Of a stretch of DNA of 64,000 nt, positions 24,966-37,489 are shown piece after piece; position 1 is the stretch's first letter; the number at the start of each line of letters is the position of its first letter. A program made the translations under genes and the position numbers. Below the pieces are notes generated by a model. The model was not told the origin of the DNA. It did not search any database and saw only the letters and a list, made by a program, of their open reading frames with translations. This stretch comes from Blasia pusilla (taxonomy: Eukaryota): assembly GCA_050084515.1 (NCBI GenBank), contig CM114271.1, forward strand, positions 13,764,001-13,828,000, given 5' to 3'.

Positions 24966-27900
24966 TCTGAATATGTGTAATATCGCAGAATCGTTCCACA
25001 CGTTGGCACCACACTAACGACACATGACCGTGACACAAACCCAGCCGCTAAATGCAAGATGAAAAGTGGCGCGCTTTTCAGGTGGGGTAAAAAGCGAATG
25101 GGAGAGAGAAGAAAAAATGGATCGTCGTGCCTTTTTCCCCACAACTGTAGTGAGTTACGGAACGCTTCAATGGGCCTTGGACGGGTGGATCTCCATAATG
25201 ACATTGCGTGCTAGGCCACACTATCCTCACCGATTCCTTTGGTTTCTCGCGAAGCACGAGATATTTTGTCGAATGTGCGAATGCCATGGAGTGCGTCATC
25301 GGTTGTTGGAGTGATGAGGCTCTTGTGAGTGGAACGGGAGGTTTGGGTGGGCCTTGGAGGGCGGGCGAATTGAGAGAACGGAGAAATGAAAGCACTCCAT
25401 TCGTTGGAAGAATTCCACCTACGATGACACGTGTACGTCCACTCTTGTCCCGGTTCTAACTTGTCCCACTACAGTGATGAAATAATATTGTGGTGACGAC
25501 CAGAGAATTGACTCCTTTGCGAATTGGACCCTATGCGATCACCAGAGCACACTACGAAAAAAATTTAGCACGCGCTCAAAATTTTGGGCACATTCGCTCT
25601 GGGAGCTTTCTTTCGGTCGCAGCCAAGTTTAATTTCTTTCATATCAATGTGCAAGTCTTTATGTTTCATGCTCGGTGAAAGAGTTTCTCCGCATCCGGCC
25701 AGGGTGAAGAGTCACGTCCGAAAATTTCATCTCGACATCAAAGCTGCTGCCACACGAATCCGGGCTAAGTTGAACGAGTAAGGAATCGACCTCTACAAAC
25801 TTTGAACTTTAAACAAAAGAGGACAGGACCCCCATTTGCAGACACGTCCACCATCGTCACTGACTTGGAGGGTTCTGGCAAAGCTTCATCCCTTATCATC
25901 AATCGTTTCAGTCTGCGTTCACAGCTCGTCACACAGCTACTGGATCAAAGATTTTCAGGGATGGCAACAAGTCATTTCTGATAAACTTAACATGCCCGGG
26001 GCCAGATGCAGTTTGTTTTCATCTTCAACCCTCGTCTTCCTTCTCCCTCCTCCCACTTCTAAGAATTCTTAGAGATTATATTGCACCAACCTATTGAGAA
26101 AACAAACGAATTTCTTACTTCTCCGACTCTCTGACCGTAGACAACTACTCCCACCTTCGCGTTTAAATAAGTAGTTTCCCATCTACGACGCAGCCAGAGT
26201 TTCCGGGTACTTGCAAACTCCGATCATTTCAGCTGCTATGCAGATAATCTTCCGATTCCACGTCAATAAGGCAGCATATTTGAGGGGTGTATCTACTGTC
26301 TCATACTGGCATACCCATATGAGAAGATTGAAATACAGCGATTTGTAGCGAATACAGCCATTGATTGTGTAACCCAGAGACACTCTAGTGGATCTATTCA
26401 AGCCTACTGTAGGTGATGGAAGGATTTAACGGCACAAGTCCTATCAGACTCCAGACCAGTATGATTTATTGGGAAGGTAATCGGGCAATTTCCCAGAACA
26501 TAACCTCTAGATGGATTCGTTCAACTCTAATGGAAATTATGAGGAATTGGACTGGAGGCTTCTAAACTTTTCTCCGGACTCGAACACAAATTCAAGATCC
26601 TTTCTCCACGCGAGTCTTGGCAATGTCGGGATGACTCGCTCAAACTTCCCTCCAACCATCACCGTGATTTCTATCACGTGCCAGAAGCTAACTTCATTAG
26701 TAGCCTAGTGTTTAGTTAGGGCACGGGAGGAGGTCGAAGAAATCCATATAAAAATCTTAGAGACACCTACTATTCTCCGAGCACTTCCCCCTTGTTCTTA
26801 TCCATATTTTCCAACAACCGGAGTGGGATCCGGATACCACAACCAATACTCCTGTCTGGTTCAGCGGTGCGCAAGAAGCCAAGTACATTCATGGACAAGC
26901 CCACCAACCGACCTTTGTCACGGATTTTGCCCACATATCGGTCACAATCAAGTTTATCCACGTTCTATGGCTGACGTTGGCAAAAGCCATGCACGCCTTC
27001 CGAACCTACTCAAAAGTTCTGCTTCCACAAAGATTGAAGTATGTCCATGATATCCAATCCAGCCACAATCGTTCGGAGAAATTATCTGTTAAACTGTTTC
27101 TTTGGTCTGCCAAGAACTGCCATATTTACCGCTTGTGCCCTTCTTCCACCTCGACGTGAAGTCGCTCAAGCCACAATGCTTCTGAAATTCGTATACTTAT
27201 CCTTGGCCATTCGGTAAACCGCTCTCTCCAGCACCTGAATAATTCTTCCATCGTGTTAGAAGACATTTCGTACCTCCAACAGTCGCACATACTCAGGATG
27301 CTCTCGATGAACATTTGTTGTTCCCGTCTGTGATGTACCCACTCAGGACTGGGGGTCTACGTACACAGCTCTTACAACCATGTTTCCCTATACAGTTGAT
27401 CCTGAGTCCTCTGCAAACCGCCCAAGGACATGGTTGAAAGCCCTCGAACTTTTAAAAGAGCCAAATTCCAGGAAGACTCTCCTGCCCAGCGACATAAACA
27501 AATCTCGTATCCATGACCTACTCGGATTCTGATCAGTCAAATCTTTACAGCGGCAAGCTTACTCTGACTAGCACGATTCTATACCGACTATCCCAGACGA
27601 AGGGCTGCTGAGTGGCATCTTCCGCCCCGCTGCCAAATCTCTAACACGTCTCGAGGGTCATTGCACTTCTTGTCATTGGGTGAGATTTGCCCAGACTTAT
27701 CACAAAGTTGGCTCTGTCACCATGGTGTAGATGTGAAAACTATCGACCCTAGCTGATGCACCAGTAGAGTCTAAGGTAAAAACGGCTTCAGTATGTACCA
27801 ACTTCCACAGAAGAACCATTTCAATCTTCACTACCCATCTCAAATAGCTGTACTATACTGCAACCGTTATCGAGGTTCTAAGGTATCCAAGTCGAGCCAC

Positions 27901-28160
27901 AGTTCTCACGTATTGTTCTAAGGAGCTATTGCTCTCCCAAGTTCAGCATCCGGTCATTGATTACTTGAGTGGTCCAGCAAAAGGTTGAAATGGCCATCCT
28001 CGACACCGCGGTGGACCACATAGATTCCTTCCCGTAAGGAAGATAAAATCAATCCCAGGTTATCTTGGAAGGATAGGATCCTGGTAAAATCTTGGGTTAC
28101 ACCACCAAGCCGTGAATAACTGTGCACAGGACACATAAAAGTGTGCAGAATTAAGCATTT

Positions 28161-31100
28161 CTAGTTGATACCATCCTCATCGTCATCATCATTATTATTT
28201 CCAGTTTGATGAGTATTCTTCTGTGCCCGATACATTTGTGCGACCTGCCATCCACCCAAGAATTTCTAGCTCATCAAAACGTGTTATTCAGCAGTAATCA
28301 TCAATATTACTTAGGGGTCTTCATAAACTTCAGTGACTAGTCGAAGGCTCTTACCTGCTCTGCTGTAGTTGCTTGTTCGGGTGTTTTATCCTCACGCAAG
28401 CGCACCAGTCGTGGAAACCTTAGAGAAATACCCTGACATGTGGCAACAATTTCATTGTTCAGAGAACCTACTAAACTCAATCATATTGTCGATATTGGAG
28501 GGCACCCAAATAAGACCTCCCCTGTTTAATATCGGCCCAATTACCAAATCAGAACCCTCAATTATTCCCATCTCGGGAGTTCTCATGATTGGGCAGAAAC
28601 AAACCTCATCACAGGTTTACAGACTACAAACCAAAAGAATCTAAGTCGTGTTATGAACCTTATTTGGATCCACCACCCCGTTGGCAGCTCGATGAACTGG
28701 GCTGATGCTCAAATCGGCAGCCTTGACTTCCCAAACCTGGGTAATGCCAAAGATAGCATATTTAAGTATCTGATGGCTTCTCAACACCTCAAACTCAAAG
28801 AACTCTCATGATAGCTGGACCACTTACTATCTGGACATGTAGATCATGTAACCTAGGATATATGAAGGGGCTCACTATTTAATGGTGTGACATAACCCAA
28901 GCCTCCAGACATAATGGAAAGTTGGGAAGGAACAAGACCGCTCTTCCTCATACTATGTGTTACCTCCACTGGCTCAAACCACACATCCACTCCCAAGCTT
29001 TCTCCAAATCGATAGTAGGGCTGCAATAGATCACAAACCAATGTTGCTGTCAAACTTGGAAAAGCTCAAGACAAAAGTGTCAACCAATTGGGAAAACCTC
29101 GGCTTAGGAAACCTCCTAAATGCATCAGATTTCTATTGCAGGGGTCTCTTGAAATGACTTGTTGATTTTCCCAAGCCCTGTTGGCAGATATCAAAGAGGA
29201 ACCAAGTTTGCTGAACGCAACAGTCTCACATCCAAGGAAAATTACCGCAGGTTTATCAATAACATGTTTCCGGAGTGTAGAAGACCGCTCTTCAAGCACC
29301 AACTCAGAAAATCCAGTTCCTGCGATGGTATCATTTGAAGTCTGTAAGGTGCACTATTGCATTTTTCCACTACTGAAAACAACCTAAAGTGATGTTCACA
29401 CTAAGCAATCCAGTAACTTGGATTCTATAAGCTTTATGATTCATCTTTTCAGGAACAAATTGAGTGTAATATTTGCACTATCAAAAGATTTCAGAATCTG
29501 CCAGTTTTCTTCATTCCTTCTACACAAATTTTACACATGATTCAAACGAGAATCACTTTCAGATACCACTCCATGTCTTTCTTATCTTTATGCCACAAAT
29601 ATGAACTACCCACAATCATCCCATTTATTTTCCTCTCCATATGCTGCAATGCTACTCTAGATACAAAATGTGTGAGGGTTAGTCGTCTGAAGGTCATATA
29701 ATAGTGTGGCAGGATCAAGTCTACAGAACTGCCCGTAAGTCTCAAAGTGTGGACCCAACCCCTATGTTTAAAACTTATTATGATTTGATATTGAGTCACA
29801 TATCCAAGCAGCCATTAACATAAATTATAACCAATCAGCAAGGAGGATACCACCAGAAGTAAATAAACATAATTTACCAATTTTGCAGATGCTCTGATAC
29901 TCCTCTGAGTCATCATCGTAGCAAGCAAGCAGAAAGGCCCCATACACACCTGCAGCCCTTCAGCGAATAGGATGTGAGTCTACCAAACGTGCACAATATT
30001 TTGTTTCAGGCGAACCCATTCCATGGTAAAAGTTGGCAATACAGGATCCATACATACATTACTTCCATAGTATTGCTAATGCTGCAAACTTTACCAAAAA
30101 AATGGCGCTCCATCTAAAGACAACTATAGAACAGGCTCAAATAGGGCACAAGCACTCTTCCAAAACTGTCAGAATTGACCATGCACACAATGGCATTCAT
30201 GTAAGGTGGTACTGCGAACCCACCCGTTCGCTTGCCCCGACCAAGAAAACCTCCAATTGGAACAAGATCTAGCGAATCTCCGACACTGTGTGGTACACAA
30301 ATTCAGATATCAGATTACAAGCAAGCGCTCAACTTCAGTAACCACCAATCCAGCCTTGCAGATTGGCTTGAAGGAGTGACCTAGTGGCTGGCATTAATTG
30401 TTCCAACTATAATGAAATACATCAATTGGCCGCAGTTTAGTATAAAGTGTCATATTGGATGGGCAACATAGCAAACATCATGTGCAACATGCCCCCTTTG
30501 TTTGACAAAAGTACACTTTCTATGCTTCCTGCAAAGAACTGTTCTGATTTGAGAACATTTATGTTGAATGATGTTAGAATAATCTCGGCATGAGCTTAGA
30601 AGGGTTGATCATCAGATTACCTATCCATGTAGTCCTTCTTCAACTTCAGCCAGTTGTTAGACCTTCTTGCCGGTTCATATGTAGCATCCTTGTCAAGAGT
30701 CTTCACCATTAACCCTTCACAACTGCACATCAATGAACACAAATATTGATATGCATTCTAATCCTCTCCAAAGTAAACAATCCACAACACCTCTCTCAGT
30801 TCCAAAGGCAATGCTTTTTGAGAGGCTACGAGTTCATAACAGATCATTTGGAACAAAACTTATCAATATCCTTTTTAGAAAGGAGGACTTGCAGTGCCTT
30901 GGACTTTTACTATACATTCCATTCATTTTGTCATACCCCACAGCCATAGCTATTGCACTCTTGTCTCAAGGCTTGAAACTGAGATGTGTCCATGTGGCAG
31001 CTAGATAGTGTGACAGACTTGTGCTATCAAATCAACAGAATGGTCCCTGCTGTCCATGGAGAGTGGCTACACTGGATTGGTGACTGGTTGATCAGACAAC

Positions 31101-34100
31101 AAATGTTGATTCATTCTCTGTAGACCCACTTGGACATGGCCACACAGAGGAACACTAGTACTCCTACTCTGAGAGGCTAGTTCTCAATGTACGCAGTGGA
31201 GGTTATGAATGCCACAGAAATAACCATTGCTAAAAGAGTTTCTAGCAGTTCAAGTCTGCTTGCCAAGCCACATCTATTTTACTTTGTTTCACCATCAATC
31301 TGACCATATAGCCAAAGTTTGAATCACATGTAGACTCCTGCTTAAAGCAAAATTGTCCATCTCAACTTTGTGCATGAGAGCCAATTTAAAAAAATGACAC
31401 TTGCTTTGCTGAGGAGGAGCACATACAACGGATACCAACCTGTGGTTGACGGCATCCTCCAAGAACTTTTGCATCTCATCGAGCTCTCTAGTGTTGGTAG
31501 CTGTCGCAAATGCAAATTCTCCTTTAACCTCCACGAATGACTTATACAGCTCCTGCATATTACAGCAACAAACCACCATCATTTAAGGAAAAGCATACTC
31601 AGGCTTTCACCTTTCCTTTCCCAAGGAAGTGATTGCCATAACATCTATTTTGGACCATCTCTCCCCTTTTGATGGTGGTGTTCAGTTCACATGGTCCATC
31701 TGGATGAAAAAAAGAAAGGGGAGAGAGAATATTTTGCTAGCAAACCTTCATCACCCTGTTTCAACTGAGATGATACACATCCAGTCTCATAAGCTTAGAT
31801 GTACTCATGTGATGAATACGAGACTATGTGAGAGTATACCACTGTCAAGCCTTACACTTGATCTAGAGGAAATAGACACAAGTGAGCTCGAGCAATCTCA
31901 CTCTGGCACTAACAAAATTCAAAGACTATGTATGGCACAATATGATCACGATAAAGTTGTTTACCTCCCGACGGACTATCAGTTGTTCATCTACTAGCTT
32001 CCGGCCATTGACATATAACAGATCAAAAGCAAAGATGCAGACTTTCACTTTGATGTCACTGACAATTACTCCTTTCCTCGCTCTCGTGCTCAAAATCTGG
32101 CAAACAGTTCATACCTCTTATAAATATAACACTCCAACATGTGTGACCAACAATCAGTTGCTTTTCTATTGAATAAGCGATCTCCACCTGAGCTAGAAGC
32201 TTGCTGTGAAATTTCCACTGAACCAGGTAATTGAGCAGCTCCTAAAATGTCCGAGCAGAGAAACTTCCTTACATGCACATGGCAGTATTCCAAAATTCTC
32301 AAACGGTCTCATTATGGACTGTTGAGGCCATATCAGATTTCCCTTCTCACCTGAAATGGGAGAATCTTATCCTTTTCTTGGTCATATGCCACCACTTCAC
32401 AATCTAGTACAAATGATGTTACTTCAGACGTTTTGAACCTGTGATTTGACGACCAAAATTCAGTATTTTGAAATCCTTTCATTCCTATGCAAGCCACCCA
32501 TAAGAAGAGTCCCATTGCTAATAGAACCAAGAGTTGAACTACATTCCTACGCAGAAAAAAATGTCTTGTATAGAGCAAAAGGAGGTAGTTTTGTACTTGC
32601 CTCGACATAGCAGCCACAATATCTGGAAATTTTCCTGTGTTTCGTTCGGCATTTCTACTGTAAATTTCCACAGAACCATCCTCCATGTAGTGTATCTGTA
32701 AGACAGTCCAGTGCTATTCTACTTCAGAAATGAACCGATTAAGAATGGGCAAGCAAAACCAAAGTCTAGTTCACAAATAAAGACACAATTCAATGACGAT
32801 TGGGCAAGAGAAATCTGATTCACACCAAAGGTGAAAGTGACATGCAAAGATCCAATATTTCCATGTGAGGACAGTGAAATATCCACTTCTTCCAAAGCAC
32901 ATACAGGAAAAATTAACTAGTAACTATTTGGTTTCTCCATCTGACACAATATGCACATGAATATACAGGTGAAAATTGGAGAGGAGGTTCACAGAGATTG
33001 GCCCTATACCTGTGCACGTTCACCGTCGTACTTGTACTCACAGGTGAACTCAAGTCCTTGAAATTTATCCAACACCTCTGACACACCTTTGGTTGGCTTA
33101 GCTAACATTGGTCCCACCGGCACACCAAGTGTGAATGTACAGATATCAGAAAGCTTTTGGATTCCCTCCTCCAGTAGGGTTGGCACTATTTTTTCATACA
33201 ATGGTAGTACAGAATACGTGTGCTTCATAGTTCGAACAGCCTGAATCCCGCCATGCATGTTTAAGCAGGAACAATCAGAAATAGTCATGTCATAGGGCTT
33301 GATCTGATGGAATCTACTTTACTTGGCAAAAGTAGGAAACACCACTTTTACATCACTTAAAAATATTCTGCAATGTAATCATAAGTGCCAGCTTTTCAGT
33401 TTTTCTTTGGAACCATGTTGGCAGAGAAAGATAATGCCAAATTGCTTGGAAGATGATAAGGTTCACTCATTTGAAAGGTTCATTGCCCGTGTGGTACTTA
33501 CATCCTCTAAACGAGATTGCAATTTGGAAGCTTGAACAGGTGGCTGCTCTGAGAGCACTGCTGCATTGGCAAGAGCAACAAGAACAGTTGACTCTGCCAG
33601 CCCTATCCTCATTTTACCCTGCCACCATATCACTGATTTAGCATGTGTAAAAGTGATGATGATTGTGCGATCATTGGCACTACTACACTTATCTTGCTGA
33701 TAATGTGGACATCATAGTCAATCCACGTACTTGACACGATGGCCTACAATTGTCTCTAAAGGCGAAGATGTCTAAACTAAGCGCAGTCATTAAGAGAACA
33801 CCAAGACTAAATGCAAATATGAAACATTGTTCCACAAAGTACGGTAAACCATGTATCTGGGCTCAAATGGACAAGTCTGACCTTCCTAGACCCCTCGGAA
33901 CAGGAAGTTACCTGAAGAAGACGGACAACATACTGTGGTTCACAATCAGTAGCAGCAACCAACAAACCCTTCATTCTAGCCCGTTTCTTGTCCTGACTTT
34001 GGTTACCTGATTCCTGCGACAATCAATTTTGGAAGTCCAGCATAATTAATTCGCCAGTTGAAAACATAGCATGGCGAGGTGCACCAGCAAGTCCTCTTGC

Positions 34101-35092
34101 AGCAACTGAATCATCTTGAGGCGTTTTGGTAAAATCAAACTCTAACAAAAAACTAAGAAGAAATTCACCTTAGCAATGAGACGAAATGCTTCCAGCACCT
34201 TCACACACGTCAAGGGAGGTGGTTTGAACATCAATCGCTGTGTGGACCGACTGGCTTTGGCAACAAGCCCTAAATCACCTAAAGCCTGTATAAACAACAA
34301 ACATGCTGCTTAGGTGTATGAAGATAACTTACATAACACGTAACTAAGCACATGGTTGAACCCACAAGGAACTGAAAGTTACAGGTGGGGATATACCTTC
34401 ATTTGACTTTTAATCTGATCCTCCTTTCTTCCATACGATTCCGCAAGAGTTTTGATTATTGCAGCGTCACCTATACCAAGTTCGACTCCCTCATGCGCAG
34501 GAGCGATTTTGTTGGCTGAAAGATAAACAATGGCTAACAAGTCCCCAGGACAAGTAGCAATGACTGTGCGGAAGACATTACAGAGTATTTCTGTGATAGC
34601 CAGTCGCCCTGATTCGTTTGCTATCACTGACAGCCCACGGACGTGTTACTTGCACACTTCAAATTATCCACATTCTACTGCATGCAAGGTTCATAATTTG
34701 TGAAGATAAGTACTTTAGGATTTGAGTAATGTCCACAGGGAGACCAAAGAATGGGGAACACAGGAAGACGTACAGTCCAGAGCTCGAGCCAGGAAAATGA
34801 ATGGGACCTGCTCCCCTTCCTTCCAGAATGCAGCTCTTTTAGGTTCGAAATCTGCTTGCTTCTTCAACAATTCACCGATGACATCATTGATACTCGTCGG
34901 CGCTACATCCCCCTGTACCGCATCCTCGCCTGCATCTCTACAGCTGCTGTCCTTCTTCTCCTTTCCCGACGTCAACGGTATCCTTCCCTTTCCTCTGCCA
35001 CCTCCCCCTCCTGCCTTGGCATTCTTTTCCCTGGCTGCCTTCATTAGCACATCTGTCATACTCCTTTGCGCCATTTTCGTATCTTCGGTCAT
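28161..35092 (-). CDS. LIG1: DNA ligase 1, 18 exons: 35092-34774, 34626-34397, 34285-34169, 34013-33912, 33618-33502, 33240-33010, 32695-32601, 32438-32351, 32096-31965, 31552-31440, 30722-30621, 30285-30224, 29949-29878, 29319-29246, 29020-28964, 28736-28659, 28432-28355, 28244-28161
   Basis: Spliced frame is open and collinear with plant LIG1: [11 protein letters not shown] (adenylated Lys), [40 protein letters not shown] junctions plus one GC-AG. Start codon uncertain (35092 or 35074, or an upstream exon). Confidence 0.95.
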
Positions 35093-36825
35093 CAAACCCT
35101 TCTCCCGAATTAAAATGTCACTTGCTCACGCCGAGTAGCAAACCCCTGTTTAAAGCCCCGGAAACATATGCAAGCATCAGCGAGTTCAGTCTCGTGGCTC
35201 CCTTCCTGAATGTTTGACACGTGGCGCCCTTGCCCTCGCAGCCGTCGATTGTAGAGGGGACAATTTTGCGTTCCTTCCTGTCAACGGTCTGCATTCTCAA
35301 CCATTCTTGATGTCGTGCAAATTCTCTTACTTAATCTCAGTCCCAACTCTCGCTCGGGGATCCGACCACTTTCCCTGTCATGAAGATCGATAAAAACTTG
35401 CAAAGTGGGTATGTTTGAGGCGAAAGCTCCGCACTGTGCGTCCTCGACTTCACGCCGCTGTGAAGCCTCTTCAATCCGCAGCAGTAGGACGAGGAGACGA
35501 CTTCACAGGAGCAGCGCTCTTCCAGTCGACCAAAACCCGAAATTCAAGTCAAATGCATCCCTTGAAACGTGAAGCAGACTTATCAGCACTTTCTACTACA
35601 CGCTACTCTCTACCCCGCAGTGAATCAGTCAATCGCTCACTCACTCACTCACTGCTTGTAGTAGAGATAGAAGAGTGGGAGACCTGAGATTCGGTTTAAT
35701 AACTTACGGCTTCCGCTTCCCAGAGGACTGAGTGGCTAGAGGTACAGCGTGATCAAAAATTGCGGCAGTGAGGTGGTGAGTGGATTTGTGTGGAAAACGA
35801 TCTCTGTGTGCCCACCATAGCTCGGATGATCGGATCCCGTTCGCATTTAGTGCTGAGGAATCTTGTAGGGTTAATTCAGGAACCCGAGTTGTTAACAATG
35901 TGTTTGTTATTGTAGACGTTGGCTGCGCTTGATATGAAATGGATCCGTGAGGTCGTTGCTCCACCGGGTTGTCCTCGTCTACTTGTACTCGAATCAAGGG
36001 AGAAATTTGAGGATAGCATCTTATGGGGCAGCAAGGAAATGTTTGAGTTCTTCTAAACTGCCATTTGAAAACCGTTTGTGTTAATAGTATAGATGGTTCG
36101 AAATTTCAGTAACCTGAACGCCCCGTTACTTGAATGCCCCCTACCCATGCCAAGCGTTGCCCTACCCATGCACGATTCATAAGACACATGGTGAATTATC
36201 CCGTGTCGCAATTTGAAAACCGCTCCTATGCTAATAGCATAGATGCATGCAAAAATTGAAGAGGGAGGATAGCTGATTATGGGACAAGGAGAGAATGTAT
36301 TAGTAGCATGCGCTAGAAAATTCTCGTTTTGAATTGGTTGGAATTGCACTTCACAAAGAAAGCAATAACTATGAAGGTGCCAATAATGAAAGTCATGCCT
36401 TTCTTCTTGCTTTCTAGATCTCTCTCTTTATTAATACTAGGTGCATGGAAGAGTCCTCATTCTTCTTGCACCCTTTCTTTTTGTTAATTAGATGGAATTA
36501 AGTTATAAGAGGGGACGTGTGTCGCAATGGGAGGCCACCGAAAATAGGACTGATATCAAATAGGGAGATGTTTGTTGATGAAAACCATGTCGCTAATCAT
36601 AGTATAGAGTACCCCCAACTAAGAGCCCAATACAGACATGGAGCTCTCCCTTTGCTTTCTATATAGAAACGTAAAATTGAGTCATATTAAGGGATTTCAA
36701 CTAAATTGTGTCATATATGTGCCAAGTTTGGATGTCTACATTGTTAGATCTTCTTATTGAGCTACTACACTCCCCCATTATTTCACTTTTACTTTACTTT
36801 ACAAGGGGACCACACTAGTTATATT

Positions 36826-37430
36826 TGTCACATCTTAGTTGGCCGACATGTAGAGTTCTACCATGTCGATGGTATAGAGGGTGAACTGGTTGTTTGGGTG
36901 TAACTTTGTCCTGTGATGTCAGATGAGGTTGGCGACAGGTCCGTTGTGTCGTCTCTAACAATTTCCCTATTTTGGTCTTAGCAACTGACCCACTGACCGA
37001 GTCAACGATCATCCGATAACCTATGCACGCAGGTTACTAATGGAGTGGTCATTTTTTGGGAAAGAGCCAAAAGGCTCTTCCCAAGGCTATAAGAGAGGGA
37101 GAGATGGCTTTCCCAAGCCATCTTTCTTATGTTGAGCCTTTGGAGCATCCTTCTTATATGTGTGCATATGTAAATGTAGGAATTAGGATGCTAGCGTCCG
37201 AACTCCCTCATAGCGGAGGATGGATGTGGCTTGATATGCTGATGTAGATTCAGAAGGGGAGTTTTAGGAAGTGTGAGCCGTTCTTACTCTGATTTTCTTA
37301 TGTGTTCTCGACTCCGATTCTCGATGTATATGCGTGAGTGTATTTCATTTATGGATGATCGGCCCGTGTGTTCGGAATATTGGTGTTGTGTGGTGTGTAA
37401 ATGTGATCAGCGATGTGCATGCGCACGACA
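36826..37430 (+). mobile_element. Solo LTR-like unit with 4-bp TSD
   Basis: TGTCAC...GCGCACGACA flanked by TATT on both sides. Confidence 0.85.
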
Positions 37431-37489
37431 TATTGTTAAGCTAGTAACACCATATATGTTCAATGCATTCTCTCATAGATTCCTATCCC

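Noticed and set aside
35100-35700. Upstream organellar-targeting exon of LIG1
   Set aside because: Plausible from plant LIG1 biology, but no convincing frame or splice path could be established by eye.
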